A stretch of 21,013 nucleotides of DNA, taken from positions 62,001 to 83,013 of the forward strand of contig WELA01002734.1 of the NCBI GenBank assembly GCA_009602735.1, read 5' to 3'. The notes beneath the pieces are model-generated. The model saw only the letters and a program-made list of their open reading frames with translations. It was not told where the DNA came from and did no database searches. The DNA is from Mesotaenium endlicherianum. Lineage: Eukaryota. Made by a program: the position numbers and the translations under genes. Within the stretch, counting starts at the first letter, position 1, and the number at the start of each line of letters is the position of its first letter. Positions 1-9,987 of this stretch are shown piece by piece.

Positions 1-1493
1 AAAAATGCCTGGTACTCCCATGTGAATGTCTTTTGCATATCATTTGAACCACTGTTCTGGTCCCTGTTGGCCGAAAGGTAGCGGGGTGAGAAGCTAATGT
101 TCTGCCGTTGATCCAACATTGCATTGAATGTTGTGGTGAACATGAGGTCTTTATTGAATTGGTATTGCAGCGAATTACTCAATTGGATGCCGAACACTTC
201 CGTCTTATTTGTTTCCAGCAATGCGTTGGCTACGGGGTTTCGCTTGGAACCTACATAACTGGTAAGCGATCCGTCGGGATAATAGATCAATGAATAAGCG
301 GGCCTGTCAAACGCAACGTTCACCGTTCTGCCTATGGGTATTTCATTTCCTTTTTGCCAGATGAAAGACATATTGCCTATGTATTTCAGTTTGGGGGAAG
401 CCTGGTACTCCACATTGGTTCTTACCTGCATCCTTTTGATATAACTGTTGATGATGATCGACTTATCATCGAGATAATTCAATCCTGTATAAAAATTCAG
501 TCCTTTTTGTCCGCCGCTCACACCCAGGTTGATCTGTTGCCTGTCTCCCAGGTTGCCCAGGAGCAATTGCTGCAAATCGTTATCGGAGTTGAATCCCGGG
601 TTCAATGAATCGGTATTGCCACCGGTTGAGCCTGTAGGATTCGTGGATTGTATTCTTCTGAATTCGCGAACTTCTGCTGCATTGTTTTGTGGAAGTTTAT
701 GCGCCAGTTTTCCAAAAATGCGGGAATAGCTCAGGTCGATCCTGGGCTTTCCTTCTTTTCCTTTTTTAGTAGTGATGATGATCACACCATTGGCGGCACG
801 CGCACCATAAATGGCCGCAGAGGCCGCATCTTTCAACACTTCCACCCTTTCAATATCCATGGGGTTGATGGTGGATGCGTTGGGCGTGATCACACCGTCT
901 ACCAGGTACAACGGGCCGTTGCCACCATTGAGTGTAGAGGCTCCACGTATTTGAATGGTACCTTCGGCACCAGGCGCTCCCCCGCCATCATTCACCACCA
1001 ATACACCTGCCGCTTGTCCTTGCAAGGCGTCGAACAGGTTCACGGGTTGTCTTTCTTCAATGTTCTTGGAGTTGATAGAAGAAATAGCGCCGGTTACATC
1101 TCTTTTCTTCTGGGTGCCATAACCCACCACCACTACTTCATCCAGGTCAGATGCGGAGGCCGTTAAGGAAGGGTTGATAACTGTTCTTCCATTGACGGGC
1201 TCTTCTTTACTTGAGTATCCCACATGAGAAAATACCAGCACATCCTTTGCCTCGGCGTTGATGGTGAATTTACCATCGGCGTTGGTAACGGTTGCTGACT
1301 GGGCTTTTCCTTTAACAGAAACTGTTGCACCGGATAAGGGTTCTCCTTTAGCATCTTTGAGGGTTCCGGTGATCTTGAGCGCTTGTGCATGTGCCCAACT
1401 AAAAGAGAGTAATAGTGCAATTAGTAATAAAGGCCGCGTCTTGTATTTTGCACCGGACACAATAAGACGCCGGATGATCGTTGTTTTCATCAT
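1..1493 (-). CDS. susC: SusC/RagA family TonB-dependent outer-membrane transporter, 5' part (3' end outside window)
   Basis: Absent from the ORF track because no stop codon lies in the window. Manual translation from ATG 1493 (or 1490) gives a signal peptide (MMKTTIIRRLIVSGAKYKTRPLLLIALLLSFSWAHAQ), a carboxypeptidase-regulatory-like domain (GEPLSGATVSVKG...TNADGKFTI), LDEVVVVGYGTQKKRDVTGAIS and the plug motif INPMDIERVEVLKDAASAAIYGARAANGVIIITTKKG. The frame is open to the window edge. Confidence 0.95.
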   Translation of the reverse strand, partial: MMKTTIIRRLIVSGAKYKTRPLLLIALLLSFSWAHAQALKITGTLKDAKGEPLSGATVSVKGKAQSATVTNADGKFTINAEAKDVLVFSHVGYSSKEEPVNGRTVINPSLTASASDLDEVVVVGYGTQKKRDVTGAISSINSKNIEERQPVNLFDALQGQAAGVLVVNDGGGAPGAEGTIQIRGASTLNGGNGPLYLVDGVITPNASTINPMDIERVEVLKDAASAAIYGARAANGVIIITTKKGKEGKPRIDLSYSRIFGKLAHKLPQNNAAEVREFRRIQSTNPTGSTGGNTDSLNPGFNSDNDLQQLLLGNLGDRQQINLGVSGGQKGLNFYTGLNYLDDKSIIINSYIKRMQVRTNVEYQASPKLKYIGNMSFIWQKGNEIPIGRTVNVAFDRPAYSLIYYPDGSLTSYVGSKRNPVANALLETNKTEVFGIQLSNSLQYQFNKDLMFTTTFNAMLDQRQNISFSPRYLSANRDQNSGSNDMQKTFTWEYQAF

Positions 1494-1652
1494 AGCAGGC
1501 AGTTTTGGTTTCGCAATTAGCTTAGTGGTGCAAGTAAGTTTTTTTAAATCGCGGCCCTGCCTGCTTTGTTTACATAGTAGTAAACTATTTTAACCTCATT
1601 TTAAGGTGTGTTTTGAAATAATTGGCATATCGAGTTTAATTTTTTGCCAGTA

Positions 1653-2843
1653 TTATTGTAATCCCCTGCTGATGCCCATTTCCAGGCCCCTCAATTCTGC
1701 CATACCGCGCAACCGGCCGATGGCTGAATAACCGGGATTGGTTTTCTTCTTGAGGTCATCGAGCATCTGGTGGCCATGATCAGAACGCATGTAAATGGCT
1801 TTGTTCCTGCGGCGCATGATGTGTACGATTTCTTTTACCACTCCGTACATGTCTACATCGCCTTCGAGGTGATTGTCTTCATAAAAATCGCCCAGCCCGT
1901 TTCGTTTGGTAGCACGGAGGTGTACAAAGTTGATCTTGTTGCCGAATTGTTTGAGCATAGCTACGAGATCATTGTCTGCCCGCACACCAAAAGAACCTGT
2001 ACAGAAACAAAGTCCGTTGTGGTCAGATGGAATGGCATCGAACAATGCCTGCACGTCGCTGGTAGAAGTAACCACGCGGGGTAAGCCCAATATTGAAAAA
2101 GGCGGGTCGTCGGGGTGGATGACCATGTAAACGCCTGCTTCTTCGGCAACAGGTATTACCTGTTGTAAGAAATAGACAAGGTTGGAACGCAATTTTTCAG
2201 CGTCGATATTACTGTAAGCATCCAATGCCTGTTGAAACTGCGCCAGTGTGAAGCTTTCTTCACTGCCAGGCAATCCTGCAATGATATTTTTTTGCAGCAG
2301 CTTTTGCTCTTCAACGGTCATGTTATCGAAACGCTGCTTGCCTCTTTGCAGTTCTTCCGCTGTATAATCTTTTTCTGCGCCAGCGCGTTTCAGCATGAAT
2401 ACATCAAAAGCAATGAATGCAGCTTTTTCAAAGCGCAGCGCTTTTGATCCGTCTTCTACCGTATAACTGAGATCGGTGCGGGTCCAATCGAGCACCGGCA
2501 TAAAATTATACGTGAGCACCCTGATATCACAAGCTGCGAGGTTACGTATGCATTGCTTGTAATTTTCTATATGCGTGTTGAAATCTCCTGTTTGTGTTTT
2601 GATGGCTTCATGAACCGGCACGCTTTCCACCACATCCCAGCTCAGTCCGGCTGCCGCTATCTCTTCCTGTCTTTTTTGAATTTCAGCGATGGTCCATATT
2701 TCACCATTGGGAATATGATGCAACGCTGTTACCACACCCGTGCAGCCTGCCTGTCGTATATCGGAAAGACTTACCGGATCGTTGGGGCCAAACCACCGCA
2801 TGGTATGCACCATTTTCGGAAGTCCATTTTTATGTTCAGTCAT
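1653..2843 (-). CDS. uxuA: Mannonate dehydratase
   Basis: 396 aa with [56 protein letters not shown] and RSDHGH...[11 protein letters not shown], all characteristic of UxuA. Confidence 0.96.
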   Translation of the reverse strand: MTEHKNGLPKMVHTMRWFGPNDPVSLSDIRQAGCTGVVTALHHIPNGEIWTIAEIQKRQEEIAAAGLSWDVVESVPVHEAIKTQTGDFNTHIENYKQCIRNLAACDIRVLTYNFMPVLDWTRTDLSYTVEDGSKALRFEKAAFIAFDVFMLKRAGAEKDYTAEELQRGKQRFDNMTVEEQKLLQKNIIAGLPGSEESFTLAQFQQALDAYSNIDAEKLRSNLVYFLQQVIPVAEEAGVYMVIHPDDPPFSILGLPRVVTSTSDVQALFDAIPSDHNGLCFCTGSFGVRADNDLVAMLKQFGNKINFVHLRATKRNGLGDFYEDNHLEGDVDMYGVVKEIVHIMRRRNKAIYMRSDHGHQMLDDLKKKTNPGYSAIGRLRGMAELRGLEMGISRGLQ

Positions 2844-2885
2844 TTTTATTATGCAGTTTTCGATATTGATTGAAGGCTTGTTCGC

Positions 2886-3701
2886 TTATACGCCGCCGAA
2901 AATAGAGAAGCCGCCATCCACGCAGATCATGGCGCCTGTTACAAATTTCGATGCATCGCTCAGCAACCATACCAGGGCGCCTTTTAATTCATCGGCATGT
3001 CCGAATCTTTTGAATGGTGTTTGTTTGATCACCAGTCCGCCTCTTTCTGTATAGCCGCCATCGGGTGTGGTGAGCAGGTTGCGGTTTTGTTCTGTGAGGA
3101 AAAAGCCGGGAGCCAATGCGTTCATTCTTATTTTATCGCCATAACGATTCGCCAGTTCAACGGCAAACCATTGTGTATAGCAATCTACAGCAGCCTTACC
3201 CATGTTGTAACCCAACACTTTGGTGATGGCGCGTTTGGAATTCATGGAAGAGATATTAACGATGCTTCCCTGTCCGTTTTGTGCAATGGCTTCACCGAAT
3301 ACCTGTGTAGGGATCAGTGTTCCCCAAAGGTTCAGGTCCATCACCTGCTTCATGCCATTCATGCTCATCTTGAAAATATCTTCGTTGGGTTGCAACACAC
3401 CTGCGGGCATATTACCGCCGGCGGCATTCACCAGGCCATCTATTTTTCCGAATGTAGATAACACTTTATCCCTCGCTGCTGCCAGTTGATCTTCTTTCAA
3501 AGCATCTGCTACCAATGCCAGCGCTTTACCGCCTGCTGCATTGATGGCGTTTGCTCTTTCGTTTGCAACCGCTTCGTTTCTTCCCAGGATACCTACTGCG
3601 CCGCCTGCTTCTACAATGGCATTTACAAATGCGTTTCCTAAAATACCGGTACCGCCGGTAACCACTACCACTTTGCCTTTCAGCGAAAAATCGTTCTCCA
3701 T
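2886..3701 (-). CDS. uxuB: SDR-family oxidoreductase, probable D-mannonate oxidoreductase (Bacteroidota/Firmicutes type)
   Basis: Has TGGTGILG Rossmann motif, NAAGGN, catalytic YNMGK (YxxxK) and PGFFLTEQNR. Lies directly upstream of uxuA. Substrate is inferred from context. Confidence 0.82.
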   Translation of the reverse strand: MENDFSLKGKVVVVTGGTGILGNAFVNAIVEAGGAVGILGRNEAVANERANAINAAGGKALALVADALKEDQLAAARDKVLSTFGKIDGLVNAAGGNMPAGVLQPNEDIFKMSMNGMKQVMDLNLWGTLIPTQVFGEAIAQNGQGSIVNISSMNSKRAITKVLGYNMGKAAVDCYTQWFAVELANRYGDKIRMNALAPGFFLTEQNRNLLTTPDGGYTERGGLVIKQTPFKRFGHADELKGALVWLLSDASKFVTGAMICVDGGFSIFGGV

Positions 3702-3806
3702 AATAATATATTCAAAATGATTTATGTATACAAGTTTAAAAGCCGCACAACCTACGCCAGTTCACCGTAAAAAGATTGGCAGATTACTAAGTTATTTTGA
3801 TGTGGC

Positions 3807-4727
3807 TCATTTCACCCATCGGTGTTGTTGCATCCATGCATGCAGTTGATCCATCCATTTCACTGTGCTGGTGTGGTTATGCATACCAAATCCATGTCCG
3901 CCTTTCTCATAAAAATAAGTGGTGGCTTCCACGCCATTCTTTTTGAGCGCTTCCGCAAATACCAGGCTGTTGCCCGGCGGAACTGCAGCATCATCTTTGG
4001 CGTGTACTAAAAAAGTGGGTGGTGTTTGCGGAGTTACCTGTAATTCGTTACTGAAGAATTTATCTTGTTCTGCTGTTGGTTTTGCGCCCAACAAGTTTTT
4101 TCTGCTGCCAGCATGCATCAGCTCTTTGGAGAAACTGATCACAGGATAACCCAACACCATGAAATCGGGTCGCAGGCTTGTCTTGTGCGGGTTATCGATA
4201 TACGCTTGTTTGAAATGTGTGCCGGCAGTAGAAGCCAGATGCCCGCCGGCGCTGAATCCTGCAATGCCTATCCTGTTTGATTGGATATGCCACTGTTTCC
4301 GGTTCTCCCTCACAAACTGGATAGCTCTTTGTGCATCCTGCAGCGGGCCCATGGTTTTATCCACCATGATGGAATCATCTGGCAGCCTGTATTTTAACAC
4401 AAAGGCCGTAACGCCCCACTCGTTGAATTGTTTGGCTACATCTATTCCTTCATGGCTGAAGGCCAATATGCTGTAAGCGCCACCCGGACAAATGATTACC
4501 GCCGTACCGTTGGCTTTACCGGCGGGAGGCGTAAACACAGTAAGCGTAGGCACTGTTACATGGCTGATGCGCAGGATACCATCTTTACCCAGTTCGCTTT
4601 TTTCTTCCATAGCAACCTGCTTTGCATTCGGAACAGCATTTGCATACAAAGGGATGACCTCCTGGGCTTTGGTTTGAAAAACAGACATACAGGAAAGAGC
4701 GATGATGGTGAAGGTTATTTTATGCAT
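3807..4727 (-). CDS. Secreted alpha/beta-hydrolase (carbohydrate esterase-like)
   Basis: Signal peptide ending TKA-Q, oxyanion PGGAY, nucleophile GFSAGG (GxSxG), acid in HAKDDAAVP and catalytic His in GGHGFG. Confidence 0.85.
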   Translation of the reverse strand: MHKITFTIIALSCMSVFQTKAQEVIPLYANAVPNAKQVAMEEKSELGKDGILRISHVTVPTLTVFTPPAGKANGTAVIICPGGAYSILAFSHEGIDVAKQFNEWGVTAFVLKYRLPDDSIMVDKTMGPLQDAQRAIQFVRENRKQWHIQSNRIGIAGFSAGGHLASTAGTHFKQAYIDNPHKTSLRPDFMVLGYPVISFSKELMHAGSRKNLLGAKPTAEQDKFFSNELQVTPQTPPTFLVHAKDDAAVPPGNSLVFAEALKKNGVEATTYFYEKGGHGFGMHNHTSTVKWMDQLHAWMQQHRWVK

Positions 4728-4758
4728 AATTAAGATGAAATTATAATCGGAGCAGTTA

Positions 4759-5214
4759 TTATTTGCAACAACCCTTAACCCTTCCTTCTAATACAAGGGT
4801 ATGCAAACGGGTGCCGGTTGTGTTGGTTTCTACCGTTATGTATTTGTGTACTTCTTCATATTGTTGCTTCGTTTTCAGCGTGACTTTGATAAAACTTTCC
4901 CCCCCGGGTTCTATAGGCTTCTCTTCATATTCCGGAATCGTGCACCCGCAGGATGCTGTTACTTTTACCAGGAACAACGGATACCTGCCTGTATTCCTGA
5001 AGCGGTATTGTGCATTTACATCTTCTTCCTGGGATATGGTTCCGAAGTTATAAATGGAATCCTGCCAGACAATATTGGTAAAGTGAAGACTGTCTTTTAA
5101 TATCTGCTCTTTTTCCTGCATTGTAGCACCATAGGGTCGGGGTTTATTCAGCCCGCAGCCTATTAACAAAAAAACAAATATTATCCATTTAAATGGATTT
5201 ATATAATTAAGCAT
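4759..5214 (-). CDS. DUF1573 domain (Ig-like) putative lipoprotein
   Basis: Has YNFGTI...YRFRNTGRYPLFLVKVTASCGCTIP...PIEPGGESFIKV, the SCGC signature of DUF1573. ATG 5214 gives a signal peptide with lipobox LIGC. The track start at 5247 (GTG) is probably too long. Confidence 0.8.
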   Translation of the reverse strand: MLNYINPFKWIIFVFLLIGCGLNKPRPYGATMQEKEQILKDSLHFTNIVWQDSIYNFGTISQEEDVNAQYRFRNTGRYPLFLVKVTASCGCTIPEYEEKPIEPGGESFIKVTLKTKQQYEEVHKYITVETNTTGTRLHTLVLEGRVKGCCK

Positions 5215-5324
5215 AGACGAGTAAGTTTCATACATATAAAAAAACACCCTAAATTGGGGGTAGTAAAATATTCACTTGCAGTGAATTGTAACCATTTTAA
5301 CCCCATTCTTACAGCAAAATAAAC

Positions 5325-5332
5325 TAAATTTG
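5325..5332 (+). promoter_or_regulatory. Bacteroidota sigma-70 -7 element (TAnnTTTG) upstream of the EPS-like operon
   Basis: TAAATTTG(CA) is an exact consensus match ~120 nt before the ATG at 5452. No clear -33 TTTG was seen. Confidence 0.55.
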
Positions 5333-5451
5333 CAGTACAATATGTATGGTTTTATTCATGATTGCCATATACTGCGTACATGTCCTCTTGTATCCTTTCG
5401 AACAACTATAAGCAAACCAATTTAATTACTCAAGATTTTTAATACAGTTGA

Positions 5452-5844
5452 ATGATGACTGTGAATATTCTCATTGCAGATGACGATGAAGTGATGCTTC
5501 AGATTATCAGGTCTGTTCTCAGCCGCGGAAAGGGCTTTCAGTTATTCATTGCCAGGAATGGCAAAGAAGCGATCCAGATCAAGGAAAAGAACAAGATAGA
5601 CCTGGTGATCACCGACCTGATGATGCCTTACGCCAATGGTTTTGAAGTCATCAGCGCTTTCCGGAGAGATCCGGAAACTGCCGGGGTGCCGGTTGTTATT
5701 GTATCTTCGATAGGCAATGAAGAGGCAGTGATTGAAGGGTTTAAATTAGGCGCCGACGATTTTATCCAGAAGCCGATCCAGGTTGGTGAGTTCATGAGCA
5801 GGATCAACAGGCTGCTTGCCAAAAGTTCAACAAATCTCCCATGA
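5452..5844 (+). CDS. Single-domain (CheY-like) response regulator receiver
   Basis: 130 aa with ILIADDD acidic pocket, phosphoacceptor in DLVITDLMMP, switch Ser (VSS) and FIQKP. No output domain. Stop overlaps the next ATG (ATGA at 5841-5844). Confidence 0.93.
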   Translation: MMTVNILIADDDEVMLQIIRSVLSRGKGFQLFIARNGKEAIQIKEKNKIDLVITDLMMPYANGFEVISAFRRDPETAGVPVVIVSSIGNEEAVIEGFKLGADDFIQKPIQVGEFMSRINRLLAKSSTNLP

Positions 5845-7010
5845 ATATTCCTGTACAGACCGATTCATTTTTCGAGCGGTTTTTCAGACAGAATTTTTTT
5901 TACTTCGACCGTTACCCATTGGTCATTAAGATTGCGGTGCTGCTGACACTGATAGCGGTGATCACGATCCTGGTTGCATACTCTTCTATCCTGCTAAGGC
6001 GTTTTGCAGCTTATTTGCGGGAGAAGCGCCTCCATGCCATTCATCCGCATATCGACGAATTACTGACAGAATATGTGCTCCTGAACGAAGATGCCATGAT
6101 GCAGGTGCCTGTTGAAGAAGTCAGGTTACAAACCGAAGTCTTCCTTTCCCGCCAGTTCCGCAAGCGCTGGCAGAAGCAGGCTTTGATTGACCGTATGATT
6201 CATTTTAAGAAAAATGTGACGGGCGATATATCCATGCTGCTGACAAGGGTTTATGTTGAAACGGGGCTTGACAAATTCTCCATGTCGAAACTGAAGAAAA
6301 TGGGCTGGAGCAGTAAAGTGATAGGTATCGTTGAGCTCACTTCCATGGATATGACCATTGCCGATGTTACCATCCTTCCTTTAACCAACAGCCGCAACAG
6401 AACATTGAGAGCCGAAGCGCGCAATGCCTATATCAAGCTGAGCAAAAACGATCCTTTTAAATTTTTCGATGTAACAATGGAGCCATTGCTTATGTGGGAC
6501 CAGTTGGAGTTGTTTCGTACCATCACCACTACGGAAGGATTGTCCATTCCTAATTTTGCACGCTGGATATCTTATTCAACCAATAAGAGCATTGTTGCAT
6601 TCTGCCTTAAGCTGGCATTACATTATAACCAGCGCGAGGCCATTCCATCCATTATTCATTTACTGAATACACGCGACCACTATCTCCGCGCCGATACCAT
6701 CAACTGTCTGGGCAAATTCATGGCGGAAGATGCAGAGGAAAAACTGGTGCACATGTATTTCAATCAACCCGTCAATTGCCAGATTGAAATACTTAAAGCC
6801 CTGGGACGCATTGCTACCGGCAACCACCTTGATTTTTTAAAGAACGAATTCCTGCGTTCAACCGATTTTGAATTGCGTAAAAATGCGGCAAAATCCATTA
6901 TCAGGCACCAGGCGCTGGCAACACAGATGATACAGGAGCTTTTATCCAATGCTACCACTGAAAACGCGCTGATCCTCAAACATTGCATGAACCCCCTGAT
7001 CAAGTATTGA
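5841..7010 (+). CDS. Membrane-anchored HEAT/ARM-repeat protein
   Basis: One N-terminal hydrophobic segment (LVIKIAVLLTLIAVITILVAYSSILL) followed by basic residues. C-terminal HEAT-like units include IIHLLNTRDHYLRADTINCLGKF, QIEILKALGRI and TDFELRKNAAKSI. Confidence 0.78.
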   Translation: MNIPVQTDSFFERFFRQNFFYFDRYPLVIKIAVLLTLIAVITILVAYSSILLRRFAAYLREKRLHAIHPHIDELLTEYVLLNEDAMMQVPVEEVRLQTEVFLSRQFRKRWQKQALIDRMIHFKKNVTGDISMLLTRVYVETGLDKFSMSKLKKMGWSSKVIGIVELTSMDMTIADVTILPLTNSRNRTLRAEARNAYIKLSKNDPFKFFDVTMEPLLMWDQLELFRTITTTEGLSIPNFARWISYSTNKSIVAFCLKLALHYNQREAIPSIIHLLNTRDHYLRADTINCLGKFMAEDAEEKLVHMYFNQPVNCQIEILKALGRIATGNHLDFLKNEFLRSTDFELRKNAAKSIIRHQALATQMIQELLSNATTENALILKHCMNPLIKY

Positions 7011-8452
7011 TGGAACAACCTACGCTCATAGAAAAGATCACGCATTTTTTTGAATCGGGTATTTTCATTTACGGAATTACCCTGCTCATCAGCTATTCCC
7101 TCCTGGCCATACTTTCGCTTATAGCCATCCTTCGTTTCCAGAAAGAAGACCGCTATGTAGATTACAATTTGCTTATTACCAGTAAAATCCCGGTAGGCAT
7201 CTCCGTGATTGCCCCTGCATTTAACGAAGGACTGACCATTATCTCCAATGTAAGATCATTGATGAATCTGAATTACCCGCGCTATGAAGTGATCATTGTG
7301 AATGATGGAAGCTCCGACGACACACTGGAAAAAATGATCCGGGAATTCGAGTTGGTACCGGTTGATTTCGCTTATCATAAGCGGCTCAATACTTTTCCTG
7401 TGAGGAAAATTTTCAGGTCTTCCAACGCCGCATACAGCAAACTCACCGTAGTAGATAAAGTGAACGGGAAAAGCAAGGCCGATGCCAGCAATGCGGGCAT
7501 CAATGCGGCATCCTTTCCTTATTTTCTTTGCACCGATGTGGATTGCATCTTAAATAAAGACACTTTACTGAGGCTGATCAAACCGATCATCGATGAACCG
7601 CGTAAACGCGTTATCGCAACCGGCGCTACTTTGCGTATGGCTAACTCCTGCGAAATGGATGAAGGAGGTATTACGAGAGTGCGTGTTCCCAAACGCATTA
7701 TTCCCCGCTTCCAGGAAGTAGAATACATCCGCGCCTTCGTGCTGGGCAAAATGGGGTGGTCTGCCATCAACTGTGTACCGAATGTATCGGGCGGATTGGG
7801 TCTGTTCGACAAAGATATTGTGATCAGAGCAGGTGGTTACGACCCGCTTTCATTTGGCGAGGATATGGAACTGATGATACGGATGGAAGCGTTCTGCTGC
7901 AGCCAGAAAATTGATTACGCAGTACGCTATATACCCTTATCTCTTTGCTGGACCGAAGGACCTTCCACCGTAAAGATCCTGCGCAGGCAGCGGATACGTT
8001 GGGCGCGCGGACTGATCCAGTTAATGAGCCAGCACCGCAGGTTGCTCTTCAACCCTTTTTATGGCAGGTTGGGACTCATTGTTATGCCATACAACTTCCT
8101 GTTTGAGCTGATCGCACCGGTGATAGAAGCGGTTGGCATTATTTATTATATCATCATGATTATAACAGGCAATATTAATACACCTTATGCCATCATGCTA
8201 TTGGTCTTTGTATATATATATTCCGTCATGATCACTACCCTGGCCATTCTCTGGGATCAGATTACATATAAAACCTATAAATCATGGAGGGAAACATTCA
8301 GCCTTTGCCTGATGCCTTTTTTTGAAATGCTGATCTATCATCCGTTGGTTATGTTATTTTCACTCAGGGGTTATTTCAATTTTATCACCGGACAAAAACA
8401 CAGCTGGGGCAATATGCAACGACAGGGTTTTTCCAATACGCCTAAAAAATAA
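7010..8452 (+). CDS. Processive GT2 glycosyltransferase (PgaC/IcaA/cellulose-synthase superfamily), copy A
   Basis: True start is likely ATG 7010 (TGATG overlap). N-terminal [29 protein letters not shown] (DxD), GED, QRIRW (QxxRW) and C-terminal TM helices. Confidence 0.92.
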   Translation: MEQPTLIEKITHFFESGIFIYGITLLISYSLLAILSLIAILRFQKEDRYVDYNLLITSKIPVGISVIAPAFNEGLTIISNVRSLMNLNYPRYEVIIVNDGSSDDTLEKMIREFELVPVDFAYHKRLNTFPVRKIFRSSNAAYSKLTVVDKVNGKSKADASNAGINAASFPYFLCTDVDCILNKDTLLRLIKPIIDEPRKRVIATGATLRMANSCEMDEGGITRVRVPKRIIPRFQEVEYIRAFVLGKMGWSAINCVPNVSGGLGLFDKDIVIRAGGYDPLSFGEDMELMIRMEAFCCSQKIDYAVRYIPLSLCWTEGPSTVKILRRQRIRWARGLIQLMSQHRRLLFNPFYGRLGLIVMPYNFLFELIAPVIEAVGIIYYIIMIITGNINTPYAIMLLVFVYIYSVMITTLAILWDQITYKTYKSWRETFSLCLMPFFEMLIYHPLVMLFSLRGYFNFITGQKHSWGNMQRQGFSNTPKK

Positions 8453-8460
8453 TTCCGTTT

Positions 8461-9987
8461 ATGCCTGAACAACGCGCCACATGGGAAGTCATACAGTTCT
8501 TTTATGAGAGCTTCATATTCTATTATGGTGTCAGTCTCCTGTTGGTATATGCGTTGCTCGCCATCCTTTCTTTTATTGCCGTCAGGCGTTTCCTGAAAAA
8601 GGAACGGTTTGTGGACTATGAAGAGATCACCTGGGCTAAGCATGCGCCCGGTGTTTCCATTATCGCCCCGGCTTTTAATGAAAGTGTAACTATTATTACC
8701 AATATCCGTTCCCTGCTAACGCTCAATTATCCGAGATATGAAGTGATCATCATCAACGATGGAAGCACAGATGATACACTTGAAAAAATGATCGCACAGT
8801 TCAGCCTGGTAGAAGTTGATTTTGCCTACAATGAACGGATCGTTACCAAACCGGTAAAAAGAGTTTTCAAATCTACTATCGGAGCCTATGAAAAATTGAC
8901 CGTGATAGACAAGGTTAACGGAAAGAGCAAAGCCGATGCCAGTAATGCGGGTATCAATGTCGCGTCCTTTCCTTATTTTCTTTGTACCGATGTGGATTGC
9001 ATACTGGAAAGGAACACATTATTGCGGATGATCAAACCCTTCATGGAAGAAGAAGGTAAAAAAATCAAAGAGGTCGGAGAGCCTTGCCCGGAATGCGGTT
9101 ACCGGCATGTGGTAGAAGATAACCGCCGCGTTATTGCCACGGGCGCCACCCTCCGGATGGCCAACTCCTGTGAAGTGGAAGACGGTGTGATCACACGCAT
9201 ACGTCCGCCCAGGCAGCTACTTCCCCGTTTCCAGGAAATGGAATACATACGCGCTTACGTTATTGGCAAATTGGGCTGGTCCATGATCAATGCCGTTCCC
9301 AATGTATCGGGCGGCCTGGGCATGTTCGACAAAGAAATTGCTATTAACGCGGGAGGGTATGATGGTAAGTCTTTTGCGGAAGATATGGACATGGTAACCC
9401 GTATGGTTGCCTATATGACCAGCAATAAACTGAAATATAAGATCAAATACATCCCTTTTACTCTCTGCTGGACCGAAGGCCCCGCTACATTGAAAGTGTT
9501 TGGAAGACAAAGAATGAGATGGGGCCGTGGATTGTTTGAAGTGATGTCCATGCACAGGCGTATCTTCTTCAACCCTTCCTATGGTTCCATGGGATTGATT
9601 GTATTCCCTTATAACCTGTTCTTCGAATTCCTGGCCCCGCTGATTGAAGCTACGGGCATTCTCTATTATATTTATCTGATCTCGGCAGGCCATATCAATT
9701 GGCCCTATGCCAGGATACTCCTGGTATTTGCATATTCTTTTTCAGTGATGATCACGTCATTGGCTATTTTGTGGGACCAGATTACCTTTCATTACTATCG
9801 CAGATGGACCGAAGTACTGGGATTATGCCTGATGGCGTTCCTGGAACCATTTATTTATCATCCGCTCATCGTGTTCTTTGCTCTTCGTGGTTATTTTAAT
9901 TTTATTACCGGTAAAAAACACAGTTGGGGCAATATGCAAAGACAGGGCTTCAGGCCAGCTCAAAAAACAAAGGAGGCAGTTGTATGA
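8461..9987 (+). CDS. Processive GT2 glycosyltransferase, copy B, with CxxC insertion
   Basis: Collinear paralog of copy [36 protein letters not shown] and the same C-terminal [12 protein letters not shown]. Carries an extra 22 aa containing CPECGYRH. Confidence 0.92.
   Translation: MPEQRATWEVIQFFYESFIFYYGVSLLLVYALLAILSFIAVRRFLKKERFVDYEEITWAKHAPGVSIIAPAFNESVTIITNIRSLLTLNYPRYEVIIINDGSTDDTLEKMIAQFSLVEVDFAYNERIVTKPVKRVFKSTIGAYEKLTVIDKVNGKSKADASNAGINVASFPYFLCTDVDCILERNTLLRMIKPFMEEEGKKIKEVGEPCPECGYRHVVEDNRRVIATGATLRMANSCEVEDGVITRIRPPRQLLPRFQEMEYIRAYVIGKLGWSMINAVPNVSGGLGMFDKEIAINAGGYDGKSFAEDMDMVTRMVAYMTSNKLKYKIKYIPFTLCWTEGPATLKVFGRQRMRWGRGLFEVMSMHRRIFFNPSYGSMGLIVFPYNLFFEFLAPLIEATGILYYIYLISAGHINWPYARILLVFAYSFSVMITSLAILWDQITFHYYRRWTEVLGLCLMAFLEPFIYHPLIVFFALRGYFNFITGKKHSWGNMQRQGFRPAQKTKEAVV

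Noticed and set aside
975..1420. Possible frameshift in susC, suggested by the C5 run at 979-983 and the short minus ORF 1163..1420
   Set aside because: Manual translation reads GAT GGC GGG GGA GCG CCT GGT (DGGGAPG) in frame. The gene is missing from the track only because it has no stop in the window, and 1163..1420 is an alternative-frame shadow.
108..5100. Numerous plus-strand ORFs of 60-170 aa over susC, uxuA, uxuB, the esterase and the DUF1573 gene
   Set aside because: They are antisense shadows of well-supported genes and have no recognisable motifs. The same applies to short ORFs nested in the operon and the right-hand genes.
7511..9002. Near-identical 38-nt stretch shared by the two GT2 genes ([13 protein letters not shown] codons) as evidence of gene conversion
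   Set aside because: It is short and covers the invariant DxD motif, rich in low-degeneracy codons, so protein-level constraint is a sufficient explanation.
6983..9983. ORF-track starts at 6983 and 9924
   Set aside because: They overlap upstream genes by 28 and 64 nt. Starts at 7010 and 9984 give canonical stop/start coupling and, for the TPR protein, a proper signal peptide.
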